Part shown: positions 41,234-51,213 of the stretch, piece after piece | Layout of the letters: each line of letters begins with the position of its first letter | How positions within the stretch are numbered: the stretch's first letter is position 1 | DNA from: Myxococcota bacterium | GTDB taxonomy: Bacteria > Myxococcota_A > UBA9160 > UBA4427 | DNA length: 64,000 nt | Direction: 5' to 3' | Assembly: GCA_965250285.1 (NCBI GenBank) | Contig: OZ252299.1 | Span: 1,600,001 to 1,664,000, forward strand | Position numbers and translations under genes: made by a program | The notes under the pieces: generated by a model | Databases searched by the model: none | What the model was told of the DNA's origin: nothing | Seen by the model: only the letters and a program-made list of their open reading frames with translations

Positions 41234-41752
41234 ATGGCCGGGCAGGGTTCGCAGACCAGTTCGAAGACGACGAAGTCGGCTGCCCCTACACGCCATCGCC
41301 CGAAGAACGCTGCCCGCGCCGACGCATCGGCGCCGACCCAGGGCGAGCTGCTGCCCGAGGGCAAGCTCTACTACCGCATCGGTGAAGTCAGCAAGATCAC
41401 CGGCATCAAGCCGCACGTGCTCCGCTACTGGGAGACCGAGTTCCGCTGGATGGCCCCGCCCAAGTCGCGTTCGAAGCAGCGGCTCTACCGGCGCAAGGAC
41501 ATCGAGATGGTGCTCGCGATCAAGAAGCTGCTCTATGACGAGCGCTATACGATCGCCGGCGCGCGGCAGGTGATCCGGGAGCGCGGCGTCGCGAAGCTGC
41601 TCGAAGAGGGCGTGGGGCCGGCACCCGAAATCGAAGAGGCGGCACCGATCGAAACGGCGCCGGCGACGACCGAGGCCGAGGCGCACGATCTGCCCGAGCG
41701 GATCCGAGCGCTGCGCAAAGAGCTCCTGGCGCTGCGTCAGACGCTGGCCTGA
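41234..41752 (+). CDS. MerR-family regulator (conserved ihfA neighbour)
   Basis: KLYYRIGEVS...PHVLRYWETEF...QRLY...YTIAGAR. Confidence 0.9.
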   Translation: MAGQGSQTSSKTTKSAAPTRHRPKNAARADASAPTQGELLPEGKLYYRIGEVSKITGIKPHVLRYWETEFRWMAPPKSRSKQRLYRRKDIEMVLAIKKLLYDERYTIAGARQVIRERGVAKLLEEGVGPAPEIEEAAPIETAPATTEAEAHDLPERIRALRKELLALRQTLA

Positions 41753-41765
41753 CCCGGTCGCACGC

Positions 41766-42353
41766 CTAGATCGGCAGCGGCGCGACCGCGAGACCCCACA
41801 ACATCAGCCACAGCATTGCGACGGCGGCGCCGAACGTGCCGACTGCGCGCCAGGTCGTGAAGTCGAGCGCCTGGCGCACGGCGACGACCGTCGCGACGAG
41901 GCTCCACAGCCGCGCGATCGCCAGAATGCCGAGGCCGAGATGGCCCGGTGGCACGAACGAGAACAGCGCAAGGCATGCGGGCGTGAAGGCGAAGCCCGTC
42001 GTGCGCAACACCTCCATGAAGTCGGTCTCGGTCTCGGGCCCGCGGAAGAACGTCGCACCGACCATGTACGAGAAGGTCGATGCGCCGAGCCAGATCACGA
42101 GCGGTTCGAGCGCGACGATCACCATCTGGAAAGCGAGCGGACGGGTGTCGATCAGAACGAACTCGCCCGATTGGGCGCGCAACCAGAAGCCGACGCCACT
42201 CGCGAGCGAAGCCAGCAGAACGACGATCGTCGCCTGTCCAATCGACGACGGGTCGGCTTCGACTTCTTCGTACGTGTCGACATGCAAGAGCGCCGCGCGC
42301 AGCATGCGCTTCGGGAACGGCGTCGTCGTGGCCGGTGCCGCGGCTTCGGTCAT
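41766..42353 (-). CDS. YIP1-like integral membrane protein
   Basis: YEEVEAD...QATIVV, LRTTGFAFTP, VVAVRQALDFTTWRAV; several TM helices. Confidence 0.7.
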   Translation of the reverse strand: MTEAAAPATTTPFPKRMLRAALLHVDTYEEVEADPSSIGQATIVVLLASLASGVGFWLRAQSGEFVLIDTRPLAFQMVIVALEPLVIWLGASTFSYMVGATFFRGPETETDFMEVLRTTGFAFTPACLALFSFVPPGHLGLGILAIARLWSLVATVVAVRQALDFTTWRAVGTFGAAVAMLWLMLWGLAVAPLPI

Positions 42354-42372
42354 GGCTTCGAGTCGCTCCTGA

Positions 42373-43047
42373 TCACGGATTGCCCGGAAGCGCCGAGAGG
42401 GGATCGTCGGGCGGGCCCAGCAGTCGCTCGATCAATCGGCTGAGCGGGCTGCGCATGCTCGTGCCCTCGTCGATGGCGCTGAGGGCACCGACGAGGCCGG
42501 TGGCGTTCTCGCAGTCTTCCACGCGGCCGGCGGTGCAGGTGACCCCCACGGTCGATACGCGCTTCTCGAGATCTTCGGCGGCGGTGCGCACGGCAGCCTT
42601 CAAGGCGGGCGGCGTATCGTCCGCGCCGTACACGCGCGTCAGGAGCTGGTTCCAACGCACGAGCCGCGCCTGCAGTCGGGGCTCGCTGCCCGGGACGGCA
42701 CCCGCGTCGAGCGCGAGGCGGTAGTAGCCGTAGACGAGAGACGAGAGCGCCAGATAGGCCGCCCCCTCGTCGCCATCTCCCGAGCGGGTGAGCGCTGCCT
42801 CGATCTGCACCATCTGCGCCGGGTCGATGTCGCCCGCTTCGACGGCAGCGAAGAAGGCGCCGTAGCGTTCTCGAGCCGGGGCTTGACACACGGGGGTCTC
42901 GCCCGGTGCCGGCAGGGGGCAATACGCACCCACTGCGCCCGGCGGCCCCGAAGCCGAAAAGGCCGACCCGAATGGGGCGAAGACGAGCACCCACATGGCA
43001 GCGAGCGCGTACGCCGTGCGCGCCCGGCGTGAGCGTGGGAGCTGCAT
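42373..43047 (-). CDS. Hypothetical secreted protein
   Basis: Signal-peptide-like N-terminus, Cys pairs (YCPLP...VCQ; TC...DCE); true start is internal to the long 42373..44502 ORF. Confidence 0.55.
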   Translation of the reverse strand: MQLPRSRRARTAYALAAMWVLVFAPFGSAFSASGPPGAVGAYCPLPAPGETPVCQAPARERYGAFFAAVEAGDIDPAQMVQIEAALTRSGDGDEGAAYLALSSLVYGYYRLALDAGAVPGSEPRLQARLVRWNQLLTRVYGADDTPPALKAAVRTAAEDLEKRVSTVGVTCTAGRVEDCENATGLVGALSAIDEGTSMRSPLSRLIERLLGPPDDPLSALPGNP

Positions 43048-43305
43048 CGGAGTTGCGCTTCCCTGTGAGGCGTGAGCGGCGTGAGGGGCCAGGCTCGAGC
43101 CAGCGGAGGCGAGAGCCGACGAGACAGAGGGGCCGACACCGACCCGTGCACGCGCGCGAATCGGTGCGATCCTGTCTCGAAGACGCCACGAAACAAGAGC
43201 CGCTGTGGGCTCCTCCCGTGTCGGGCTCGCGGGTTGGGTCGGCAACGGGTGCTCCCGGACGAACCGTACTGGGCGCCAGAGGCGAAGGTAGAGCCGGAGG
43301 GCCGG

Positions 43306-44349
43306 GTGGGTCAAGGCGACTCGAAATGGGATCCGACGTGGGGCCGGGCGCGCAGCGGCCATGGTCGTCCGCCCTTCGGCGAGACGATCATCACGGCGTG
43401 GCACCTCGACCGGCCCGAGACCGAACAGACCCTCGAGACGATCGAGTGGGAGGTGCTGCGCGCGCGTCGCAGCGGCGCCTTCGTGGCGCCTGCCGGCACC
43501 GGTCGGACCCACCTGCTGCGCGTCGTTGCTGACTGGATCAATCCGGTGCAGTGGGAGTCGGTCTACGTGCCGAACCCGATGTTCGAGTACGCAGACCTGT
43601 GTCCGTACATCGCCGGACTGACGGGCGGAAGCCCATCCGATGGTGCGAACGGGCTCGAGAAGCGGCTCGAGGCGCTGTGGGCCGAGGGGCGGTCGCTGCT
43701 CCTGCTGGTTGACGACGCCGAGCACATGCCGATCGCCACCGTCGAGGCCCTGCTCGAGCTGGCCGAGCGGCACTCGCCGACCCTCGTGCTGCTCTTCGCC
43801 TGCATGAGCGGCGCGGTCGATTCGCACCCGATCTTCGGCCGCGATCGCGAGACCTTTCCAGTCGTACGGCACGAAGGTGTGCTCGCGCAGACCGAGGTCG
43901 CCGACTACCTGCGACATCGCCTCGATCGATCGGGCACCGAGCGTGCCCTGGCTGATCGCTTCGACGACACGCACTGCGCCGAGCTCCACGCGATGTCGGG
44001 TGGAATCGTCATGCGGCTGCACGCGCTGGCGCAGGTGCTTGTCGAGACGCCGGCGTCCTCGCCGGACGAAGCGTGGCAGCGCTTTCTCGATGACGACCGC
44101 GGCATCATCGAGTTCCTCGCTGACGAGCTGCCGATCCCGGAGGCGGCACCCGCGCCGAGCGACGCGCATCGGCGCGAGTCGGCGCTGCGGGCCGCCGCGG
44201 CCCACTCGGAGGGCGAGGCGCATGGACACGAGCCGACGCTCGATCCGGCGCTCGCGGGGGCCGGCCTCGAGCCCGTCACGTCGCCGGCCGCGGCGGCCGA
44301 AGCCGTGGAGCCGGGCACCGAGCCTGAAGGGCGCGAAGCACGGCGCTGA
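43306..44349 (+). CDS. ExeA/GspA-like AAA ATPase with variant Walker A
   Basis: PFGE, APAGTGRTHLLR, LLLVDDAEHM, EVADYLRHRL, LHAMSGG; GTG start 5 nt after GGAGG. Confidence 0.6.
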   Translation: MGQGDSKWDPTWGRARSGHGRPPFGETIITAWHLDRPETEQTLETIEWEVLRARRSGAFVAPAGTGRTHLLRVVADWINPVQWESVYVPNPMFEYADLCPYIAGLTGGSPSDGANGLEKRLEALWAEGRSLLLLVDDAEHMPIATVEALLELAERHSPTLVLLFACMSGAVDSHPIFGRDRETFPVVRHEGVLAQTEVADYLRHRLDRSGTERALADRFDDTHCAELHAMSGGIVMRLHALAQVLVETPASSPDEAWQRFLDDDRGIIEFLADELPIPEAAPAPSDAHRRESALRAAAAHSEGEAHGHEPTLDPALAGAGLEPVTSPAAAAEAVEPGTEPEGREARR

Positions 44350-44432
44350 GCCGGAGTCCGTGCCCGAAGGGCGCGAGGCACGGCGCTGAGCCGGAGTCCG
44401 TGCCTGAAGGGCGCGAAGCACGGCGCTGAGCC
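44308..44432 (+). repeat. 40-bp tandem repeat (about 3 copies) spanning the ATPase stop codon
   Basis: Unit gagccggagtccgtgcc(c/t)gaagggcgcga(a/g)gcacggcgct; the first, diverged copy encodes EPGTEPEGREARR and ends at the TGA. Confidence 0.92.
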
Positions 44433-44542
44433 AGGAGGCCACGGGTACGCTCCGGAGCGCGCCGCCGGCACTCGATTCCCGGGCGTTTCGGGCACCTCCC
44501 ATCGACAGATCGCATGGGGAAGGCTACCCATCCCGCTTCTGG

Positions 44543-44619
44543 CGGGCCGTGGCGCAGCTTGGTAGCGCGCTTGACTGGGGGTCAAGAGGTCGCGGGTTCA
44601 AATCCCGCCGGCCCGACCA
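44543..44619 (+). tRNA. tRNA-Pro(GGG)
   Basis: CGGGCCG/CGGCCCG acceptor stem, CTTGA-CTGGGGG-TCAAG anticodon arm, GGTTCAAATCC, CCA. Confidence 0.96.
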
Positions 44620-44952
44620 GCTTCCTCCCCCGAAACTTCGACGACCGCGCCCGCCCGGACCGCCTCGCGATCGCGCTCCGGGGGGTTCCCACGCACGGCT
44701 TCACGCGCCCGCTGGCTTTGCGGCGTGAGCTGCGGTCCAGGTCGACCGGGTGTCGTCCTTTCCCGAATCGAGCGGCGCGAGGCCCTCCGGTCGACGCAGC
44801 GATGCGGCTACGCGCTTCGACTCGACCCGTGACAGCGAGGCTGCCGCGTCGTTGATTTCGGCTCGGGGAGCGCCTGGGCGCGCCGACACACGAAAGTGCT
44901 TTTCGCCACGCGCGACCCGACGTATGTTCGATCGTACGAAAGGAGGTGCACC

Positions 44953-45570
44953 ATGACGCTTCCGATTGGGCCCCTCTCTTTGTTCCGCCCCCTCTCGTCG
45001 ATCCCGTTCTCGATCCTGATCGCGCTGATCCCGGCGCTGTTCGCCTTCGGGCTCAGCGCGTGTGACGCGCGCGATCAGGTCGACGTCTCGTCGGCGCCTC
45101 CGCCCGTGATCGTCTCGGGCCGATACGACGTCAAAGGCGTCACCCGGGCATCGGGTGCGCCCGACGGACGCCGGATCGAGGGCACGGTGATTCTGCTGCG
45201 ATCGGGCGACACCTACACTGCGACCTACGAGCTCGAGACGTTGTGGCCCGCCGAAGGCGCCGAGACGGTGGCCGATGTCGTGGGCGTCGGGGAAGGGCGC
45301 GTGAGCGGCGGGCGACTCGAGGGCGGCGCACAGACGCAGCTCGTCATCTCGACGGTGCCGGGCGTCGACCCGGGCTTTGCATTCGTACCGCGCGCGGTCA
45401 CGACGCGCATCGAATCGACGTCGGTCGCGACGGTGCGGCCCGACGGCTCGATCGAGATCGAGCTCGAGAACCACGCCGCCGAAGGCGAGGAGTACGAGCC
45501 GACGCGCACGCGGCTCGTCGGACGACGCGTGCCGGGGGGCGCCTCGCAGCCGGTGGCCTCGACGCCGTAG
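44953..45570 (+). CDS. Hypothetical lipoprotein (beta-rich)
   Basis: AGGAGG SD, hydrophobic signal peptide with lipobox GLSA-C. Confidence 0.65.
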   Translation: MTLPIGPLSLFRPLSSIPFSILIALIPALFAFGLSACDARDQVDVSSAPPPVIVSGRYDVKGVTRASGAPDGRRIEGTVILLRSGDTYTATYELETLWPAEGAETVADVVGVGEGRVSGGRLEGGAQTQLVISTVPGVDPGFAFVPRAVTTRIESTSVATVRPDGSIEIELENHAAEGEEYEPTRTRLVGRRVPGGASQPVASTP

Positions 45571-45638
45571 ACACCTCGGCGCCAGGGCACGTCGCGAGCG
45601 GAACGCCTACCGTGTGACCCCGCACGGAGGCGAACTGC

Positions 45639-46271
45639 TTGCTGCATTTCGAGTCGAGAGATCGCGCGACGATCCTGGTGCACTTCTACCGGGCGATGGT
45701 CTCGCGCGCCGATACGTGGCGTCTGCGCATGGATGCCACGACCAACTGGGCGATCGGCACCACGGCGGCAGTGGTGTCGTTTGCGCTCGGCAATCCCGAC
45801 CTGCCGCACTACGCCGTGCTGTTGGCTTCGCTCCTGACCGGCTGCTTTCTCATGCTCGAGGCCCGGCGGCTCACGTTCTACCACCTCTTTCAACAGCGTG
45901 TGCTTGCGCTCGAGCGCAGCATGGTGCGCCCCGCCATGCAGGCGGAGGCCAGCGGCTTCGACGCCGACGCCGCATCGCTCGAGGGCCTCGAGGCCGAGCT
46001 CGGGACGACCGTGCCGACGATGCCCGTCCGCAAGGCGATCGCGCGGCGACTACGGCGGGTCTACATGTACCTCTTCGCGGCGCAGTGGCTCGCGTGGATG
46101 CTGAAGCTGTCGACGCACCCCGAGCCCGCCGGATCGATCGAGGTGGCGATCTCTCGCGCGCACATGGCGGGGATCCCCGGGGCGATCTGCTTTGCGGCCT
46201 CGCTGGCCGCGCTCGCGACCGTGGCCTTCGTCGCCTTTCGATTCGGCGGCATCGACCGCACGAAGCGCTGA
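45639..46271 (+). CDS. DUF2270 family membrane protein
   Basis: LVHFYR...TWRLRMDATTNWAI, LEARR, ARRLRRVY; TTG start after GGAGG. Confidence 0.75.
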   Translation: MLHFESRDRATILVHFYRAMVSRADTWRLRMDATTNWAIGTTAAVVSFALGNPDLPHYAVLLASLLTGCFLMLEARRLTFYHLFQQRVLALERSMVRPAMQAEASGFDADAASLEGLEAELGTTVPTMPVRKAIARRLRRVYMYLFAAQWLAWMLKLSTHPEPAGSIEVAISRAHMAGIPGAICFAASLAALATVAFVAFRFGGIDRTKR

Positions 46272-46292
46272 CGCTCGCCGCCGGGGCGGGCG

Positions 46293-47156
46293 CTATTCGG
46301 GCTGGGATCCCGCCACGCCCTTCGGTCGGTTCTTCATCGGCCCGGCTGGCAGGCGACCATCGACATCGACGAAGCCGTAGCGGCGCGCGAGCTCGAGCAC
46401 GGATACGGCGCCGCCCGAGTGCCCGACGGCCCGGTCGTCCGTCGCGAGCGCCACGACGCCGCGGCCCGAGAAGCGAGGCGACTCGGCGCCGTTCATGTCG
46501 AGCTCGGGCATGCGGTCGGCCACCACCGCGGTGCGCTCGGTGCGCACGAGCCCCGGCCAGATGCTCACGACCGAGACGCCGTGCGGCGCCAGCTCGTGCG
46601 CCATGTCGGCGGTCATCTTGTCGACGGCGGCCTTGCCCACACCGTACGCCACGTGCCAGGCATACTCGCGCGCCCCCGATGAGCTCACGTTCACGATCAG
46701 ACCGCGCCCCGCGGCGACCATCACACGCGCGGCGTGCTGGCTGGCGACGTAGGCCGAGCGCACGCCGATATCGATCATGTCGTCCCAGTTCGAGGTCGGC
46801 GTCTCCCAGAAGGGCAAGCCGCTCGTCAGCTCGGGCGAGATCTTGAACGCGTTGTTCACGAGCACATCGAGGCGGCCCGCGTCACGGGCGACGCGTTCGA
46901 AGAGCGCGGCGGTCTGCATGTCGTCGGCGTGGTCGCACGCGACGCCCACCGCGTGCCCGCCGAGCGATTCGATTTCGGCCACGGTGTCGTCGAGGGTGCC
47001 CGGCAGCGCGGCCTGACCGGGCCCGGTGGTGCGGCCCGTGACATAGACCGTGGCGCCCGCGGCGCCGAGCTCGAGGGCGCATCCCTTGCCGAGTCCCCGG
47101 GTCGCGCCGGTCACGATCGCGATCTGACCCGAGAGGGGCTGCGCGGTCGAGCTCAC
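46293..47156 (-). CDS. SDR family oxidoreductase (DHRS1-like)
   Basis: TGATRGLG, VYVTGR, LVNNA, YGVGK, WPGLVRTE, AESP. Confidence 0.88.
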   Translation of the reverse strand: MSSTAQPLSGQIAIVTGATRGLGKGCALELGAAGATVYVTGRTTGPGQAALPGTLDDTVAEIESLGGHAVGVACDHADDMQTAALFERVARDAGRLDVLVNNAFKISPELTSGLPFWETPTSNWDDMIDIGVRSAYVASQHAARVMVAAGRGLIVNVSSSGAREYAWHVAYGVGKAAVDKMTADMAHELAPHGVSVVSIWPGLVRTERTAVVADRMPELDMNGAESPRFSGRGVVALATDDRAVGHSGGAVSVLELARRYGFVDVDGRLPAGPMKNRPKGVAGSQPE

Positions 47157-48472
47157 GAGTCGCTCGGCTCCGAGGCGATCTCGGGCAGCGTCTCACCGCC
47201 GTCCCGCCACGCCGCGCGGAGCGCATCGCGCACGTCGGGGTGGGCGACCTCGATCAGGGCCTCGGCCCGCTCGTTGACGCTGCGGTTCGCCAGCTCGGCG
47301 GCGCCGAACTCGGTGATGATCACGTCGGTCTGGTGACGTGGTGTCGTGATGAGCGTGCCAGCGGGATGCCGGGGCACGATCCGAGAGATGCGCTTGGGCG
47401 TGCTGCCGGCGGTCGAGGGCAGACAGACGAGCGAGTGTCCGCCCGGCGCGGCGATCGCGCCCGACACGAAGTCCATGTGTCCCCCGATGCCCGAGTACTG
47501 ATCGCCCTGGATCGAGTCGGCGACGATCTGCCCCTGGAGGTCGATCGAGAGCGCGCCATTGATCGAGATGAAGCTGCGATTGCGCGCGATCAATGCCGGG
47601 TCGTTCACGTGCTCGACCGGCACGAATCGCACCTCTTCGTTGCCGTCGAGCCAGTCGTAGAGCTCGCGCGTGCCCGCCGCGAAGGTCGTCGGTGAGAAGC
47701 CGTCGCAGAAGCCCTTCTTGTTGGTGACCTTGCCTGCTTTGTGCAGACGCATGAGGCCGGTGGTGAACATCTCAGAGTGCACGCCGTAGTCGCCGCCGTC
47801 GCCCTCGGAGAGCAGCTTCATCACTTCGTTCGGAATGCCCCCGATCCCCGACTGGAGCGTCGACCCGTCGTGTACGTAGTGCCGGCAGTGGGCTGCGATC
47901 GCGATGTCGACGTCGCTCGGCGGGGGCTCGTCGATCTCGAAGAGCGGGCGGTCGGTCTCGTACACGACGTCGACGGCGTCGATCGGCATCGAGTGTGGAT
48001 GGTCGGGCGGTAGCCCGACCGTGCGCGGTGCATGGGGGTTGATCTCGGCGATCACCAGACGATCGGGATCGTTCATGGCCTCGTAGAGGTCGGCCACCCC
48101 CGCCCCCGCGTGCAGCGAGAGCGAGAGTTGCCCGTGTGCGTCGGGCGGCGCGACGGTCAGGCCGATCACGCGCGGTTTCAGGTGCTCGACGCAGCGGGTG
48201 AAACCGCGAAAGTCGGCGGGTACGAACTGCACGTCGTGTCCCTGGGCGAGCAGCATGCGCTCGAGCGGACCGTAGAAACCGGCGAGCAGCGTGGTGCCCG
48301 GCCGTGTGAACAGGGCGTAGCCCCCGACCAGCAGGGCGCCGTACACCCGCAGATCGACCCAGTCGTCGCGTTCGGCCATGGCATCGAGCAGCCCACCGGG
48401 CTGGGCCGGGCCGAGGCCGATCGAGAGCACGTCGGTGGGGCGGATGTGTGCAGCGGCCTCGTGTGCGTCCAT
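47153..48472 (-). CDS. Acetyl-CoA hydrolase/4-hydroxybutyrate CoA-transferase family protein
   Basis: TLQSGIGGIPN, GVHSEM, SINGALSIDLQGQ, SGIGGHMDF, TEFGAA. Confidence 0.88.
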   Translation of the reverse strand: MDAHEAAAHIRPTDVLSIGLGPAQPGGLLDAMAERDDWVDLRVYGALLVGGYALFTRPGTTLLAGFYGPLERMLLAQGHDVQFVPADFRGFTRCVEHLKPRVIGLTVAPPDAHGQLSLSLHAGAGVADLYEAMNDPDRLVIAEINPHAPRTVGLPPDHPHSMPIDAVDVVYETDRPLFEIDEPPPSDVDIAIAAHCRHYVHDGSTLQSGIGGIPNEVMKLLSEGDGGDYGVHSEMFTTGLMRLHKAGKVTNKKGFCDGFSPTTFAAGTRELYDWLDGNEEVRFVPVEHVNDPALIARNRSFISINGALSIDLQGQIVADSIQGDQYSGIGGHMDFVSGAIAAPGGHSLVCLPSTAGSTPKRISRIVPRHPAGTLITTPRHQTDVIITEFGAAELANRSVNERAEALIEVAHPDVRDALRAAWRDGGETLPEIASEPSDS

Positions 48473-48518
48473 CAGGGGGCGGAGCTCCTGCGCACGGGGC
48501 GTGCGCGTTCGGGTGAGT

Positions 48519-51128
48519 TCAGCGCGACGTCTCGGGGGCGTCCGAGAGCCGGACCGAGACGAGCGCATGTGCGCCGACGTCGACGTGCAGCACGCCGTCT
48601 GCGAACGAGACGGCCTCGTTCGTTGCGGTCTCGTCGAGGCGGACGCGCTCGGCCTGCCGGACGCGGTCGGCGAGTGGCGCGCCCAGGCGCACGGCGACCC
48701 GCCGCGACGACGCGGTCGGGTTGAGCAGCCGGAGTACGCTGCCCCGTCCATCCTCGGCCGGCTTGAGCGCGCTGACCTCGATGGCGGGGTCGTCGATCGA
48801 CAGCAGGGCCACATCCCCGTTTCGGCCTTCGGCCTGACCCACCGCGACGGCGTGGAGCCCGAGTTCGGCGTCAAGCGCCGCGGCCGGGTCGAGGCCCGGC
48901 GAGAGCGAGATTCGGGTTCGGATCGTCTTCAGGCACTGTGCGCCCGGAGTCGCCAGGGTCGGGCCGGCCTCGATCGGGCGCGTCTTGAGGTCGCTGCGCG
49001 AAAGCCAGCCGACCGCGCGCACGAGCGTGAAGCCGATCATGCCATCGGGCATGACTGCGGCCTCGATCAGGCCCGGGGCTGCGACCTGCAGGCCGTTGGC
49101 CGCCACGAAACCCTGTTGGGGAAACGTATCGGGCGCCGTCTGCACCCACTGCGCGTCGTCGGGCCGCGCCGTGGTGCGCTCGACCACGTCGAACGTCGTG
49201 CGCGCCGCGTAGCTGGGGGTCGGCTGCGCGGTCGGGAACCGAAGCTGAAACCGGTGGTCGCGCGCGGTGTTCTCGAACGTGACGTCGAGGTCGACGCGGG
49301 GCGAGCCGGGGATGATCGAGGCGGTGATGCGCAGGCGTGTCGAGACCGTGTCGCGCGCTCGGCGATCGCGGTCGGCGTCGAGCGCCGCCGGCAGGCGAAA
49401 GACGCGATCGACGACCAGACGCTCGATGCCGGAGGGGTGCCGTCGACGCTTGACCTCGTTTTCTTCGAGCACGAGGGGGGCATCGGCGTTCGGTTCGGCC
49501 ACTGGATCGAAGTCGTAGCTGTCGCCACGGTCTCCGATGTCGATGACCGAGCAGAGCCCTTCGAAACGGCCGCTTTCCCACTCGACGGTGAACGTGCCAT
49601 CGCGCGCGGCGTCGACACGCACGTGTTCGTTTTTGATCGTCCGGCCAGTGTCCTTCCGAGTCGCATGCGCGGCGCTGCGCGAAAGGCGCATGCGCTTGAA
49701 GCCGAACGCCGGCACGTCCTCGGCCACGAACTCGATCTCGTGCACCGGCTGGGTCTGGGTGAGCCGCGGGCGCACGGTCCCGGTGTCGCGCAGGATGCGT
49801 GCCGGACGTCCGTCGACCTCGAGACCGTCGAGCCCGAAGTTCAGGCCCAGCAGCGGCGCGATGCCGCGTCCAGTGAACGCCGGGAACCCGTCGAGCGGCA
49901 GGCGCACGCGATCGGTGCGCGGATGGGGCGAAGGATTGAAGACGGCGACGCCGATTTCGCCGGTTTCGGGGTCGACGTCGATCTGCCGGCCGACGTCGGC
50001 CCCGGCCGTGCGCTCGAGCAGGCGCTGCAGCGTCTCGGCGCCGAGGTCGAGGATCTCGTCGTAGCGGGTCGCCATGTGCTCGTGCACGCGATCCTGACTG
50101 CAGCCGCAGATCGAGTCGTGCGCCTGGTTGGGGATCAGCTGTCGCCAGGCGCTGCGCACACTGGCTCGCTCGTCGGGCCCCCCGAGCCAGCGCGCGATCT
50201 CGCAGAACGGCTCGACCCAGCCGGTCAGCAGTGTCTCGCAGCGGCGATTCGCGAGCTTGAGGTCGACGTGGGTCGACCAGACGCCGGGCAGCAGGGGCGA
50301 GACCCGGGCCCCGACCAGCTCGCCCTCGAAGCGCGCCGCCGCCGGCGTCGCCGCGCCCAGCGACCGGGCGGTGACCCCTTCGGCATACAGATCGAGCAGG
50401 CCCCGATCGACGGTCCAGCCCGTCTTCTTCGCGAGGGCTTCGGCGACGATCCGGGTGTTCGCATCGGGGGGCTGGTGGTCGATGCCGTTCATCAGCAGCA
50501 CACAGTCGCGGTCGCTCGGCTCGGCGAGCGCATGGCTCGTCTTTTCGAGTCGTTCGACGGCGGCGTCGACGTCTTCGCCCAGCCCGAACGCATTGAAGTA
50601 GCCCTTCGTCAGATGGCACGCGGCGATCTCGCTGCCGTCGGGCGCGCGCCAGATCCACTCGGCGCGCAGCGACTCGATCTCGTTCGCATGCCCGCGCCAA
50701 TAGATGAACGGATTCAGCCCGAAGCCTGTAAAGATCTGCGGGAACTGGGCGGGGTGCCCGAACGAGTCGGGGGTGTATGCGACGGTGGATGCGTCGCCGA
50801 AGTCGGCCGCGACGCGTCGACCCTCGAGCAGATTGCGGACGTGGGTCTCGCCGGCGGGAATCAACGAGTCGGGTTGGACGTACCATGGGCCGATCGCGAG
50901 CCGACCGCCGCGGCACGCGGCCTCGAGCTCGGCGCGCCGATCGGGACGGATCTCGACGTAGTCCTCGAGCACGATCGTCTGCCCGTCGAGCTGGAACGAC
51001 CAGCCGGCATCGGCGGCGAGCAGGTCGAGCACCTGATCGACGGTGTCCACGAGCCGCGCGCGGAACGCCTGGAAGGTCTTGTACCACTCCCGGTCCCAGT
51101 GCGTATGGGAGACCATCACGCAACGCAT
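48519..51128 (-). CDS. Glycoside hydrolase family 38 alpha-mannosidase (MngB-like)
   Basis: SHTHWDREWY, LDGQT, IGPWYVQPD, PDSFGH, NGIDH, NQAHDSICGCS. Confidence 0.9.
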   Translation of the reverse strand: MRCVMVSHTHWDREWYKTFQAFRARLVDTVDQVLDLLAADAGWSFQLDGQTIVLEDYVEIRPDRRAELEAACRGGRLAIGPWYVQPDSLIPAGETHVRNLLEGRRVAADFGDASTVAYTPDSFGHPAQFPQIFTGFGLNPFIYWRGHANEIESLRAEWIWRAPDGSEIAACHLTKGYFNAFGLGEDVDAAVERLEKTSHALAEPSDRDCVLLMNGIDHQPPDANTRIVAEALAKKTGWTVDRGLLDLYAEGVTARSLGAATPAAARFEGELVGARVSPLLPGVWSTHVDLKLANRRCETLLTGWVEPFCEIARWLGGPDERASVRSAWRQLIPNQAHDSICGCSQDRVHEHMATRYDEILDLGAETLQRLLERTAGADVGRQIDVDPETGEIGVAVFNPSPHPRTDRVRLPLDGFPAFTGRGIAPLLGLNFGLDGLEVDGRPARILRDTGTVRPRLTQTQPVHEIEFVAEDVPAFGFKRMRLSRSAAHATRKDTGRTIKNEHVRVDAARDGTFTVEWESGRFEGLCSVIDIGDRGDSYDFDPVAEPNADAPLVLEENEVKRRRHPSGIERLVVDRVFRLPAALDADRDRRARDTVSTRLRITASIIPGSPRVDLDVTFENTARDHRFQLRFPTAQPTPSYAARTTFDVVERTTARPDDAQWVQTAPDTFPQQGFVAANGLQVAAPGLIEAAVMPDGMIGFTLVRAVGWLSRSDLKTRPIEAGPTLATPGAQCLKTIRTRISLSPGLDPAAALDAELGLHAVAVGQAEGRNGDVALLSIDDPAIEVSALKPAEDGRGSVLRLLNPTASSRRVAVRLGAPLADRVRQAERVRLDETATNEAVSFADGVLHVDVGAHALVSVRLSDAPETSR

Positions 51129-51213
51129 CGCCGGCGCTCCTGTTCGCGTCCCACTGGGTTCCCGCCCATGCTGCCATGAACACGGCGCGCTCGCGAGGCG
51201 GGCCGGCTGAAGC

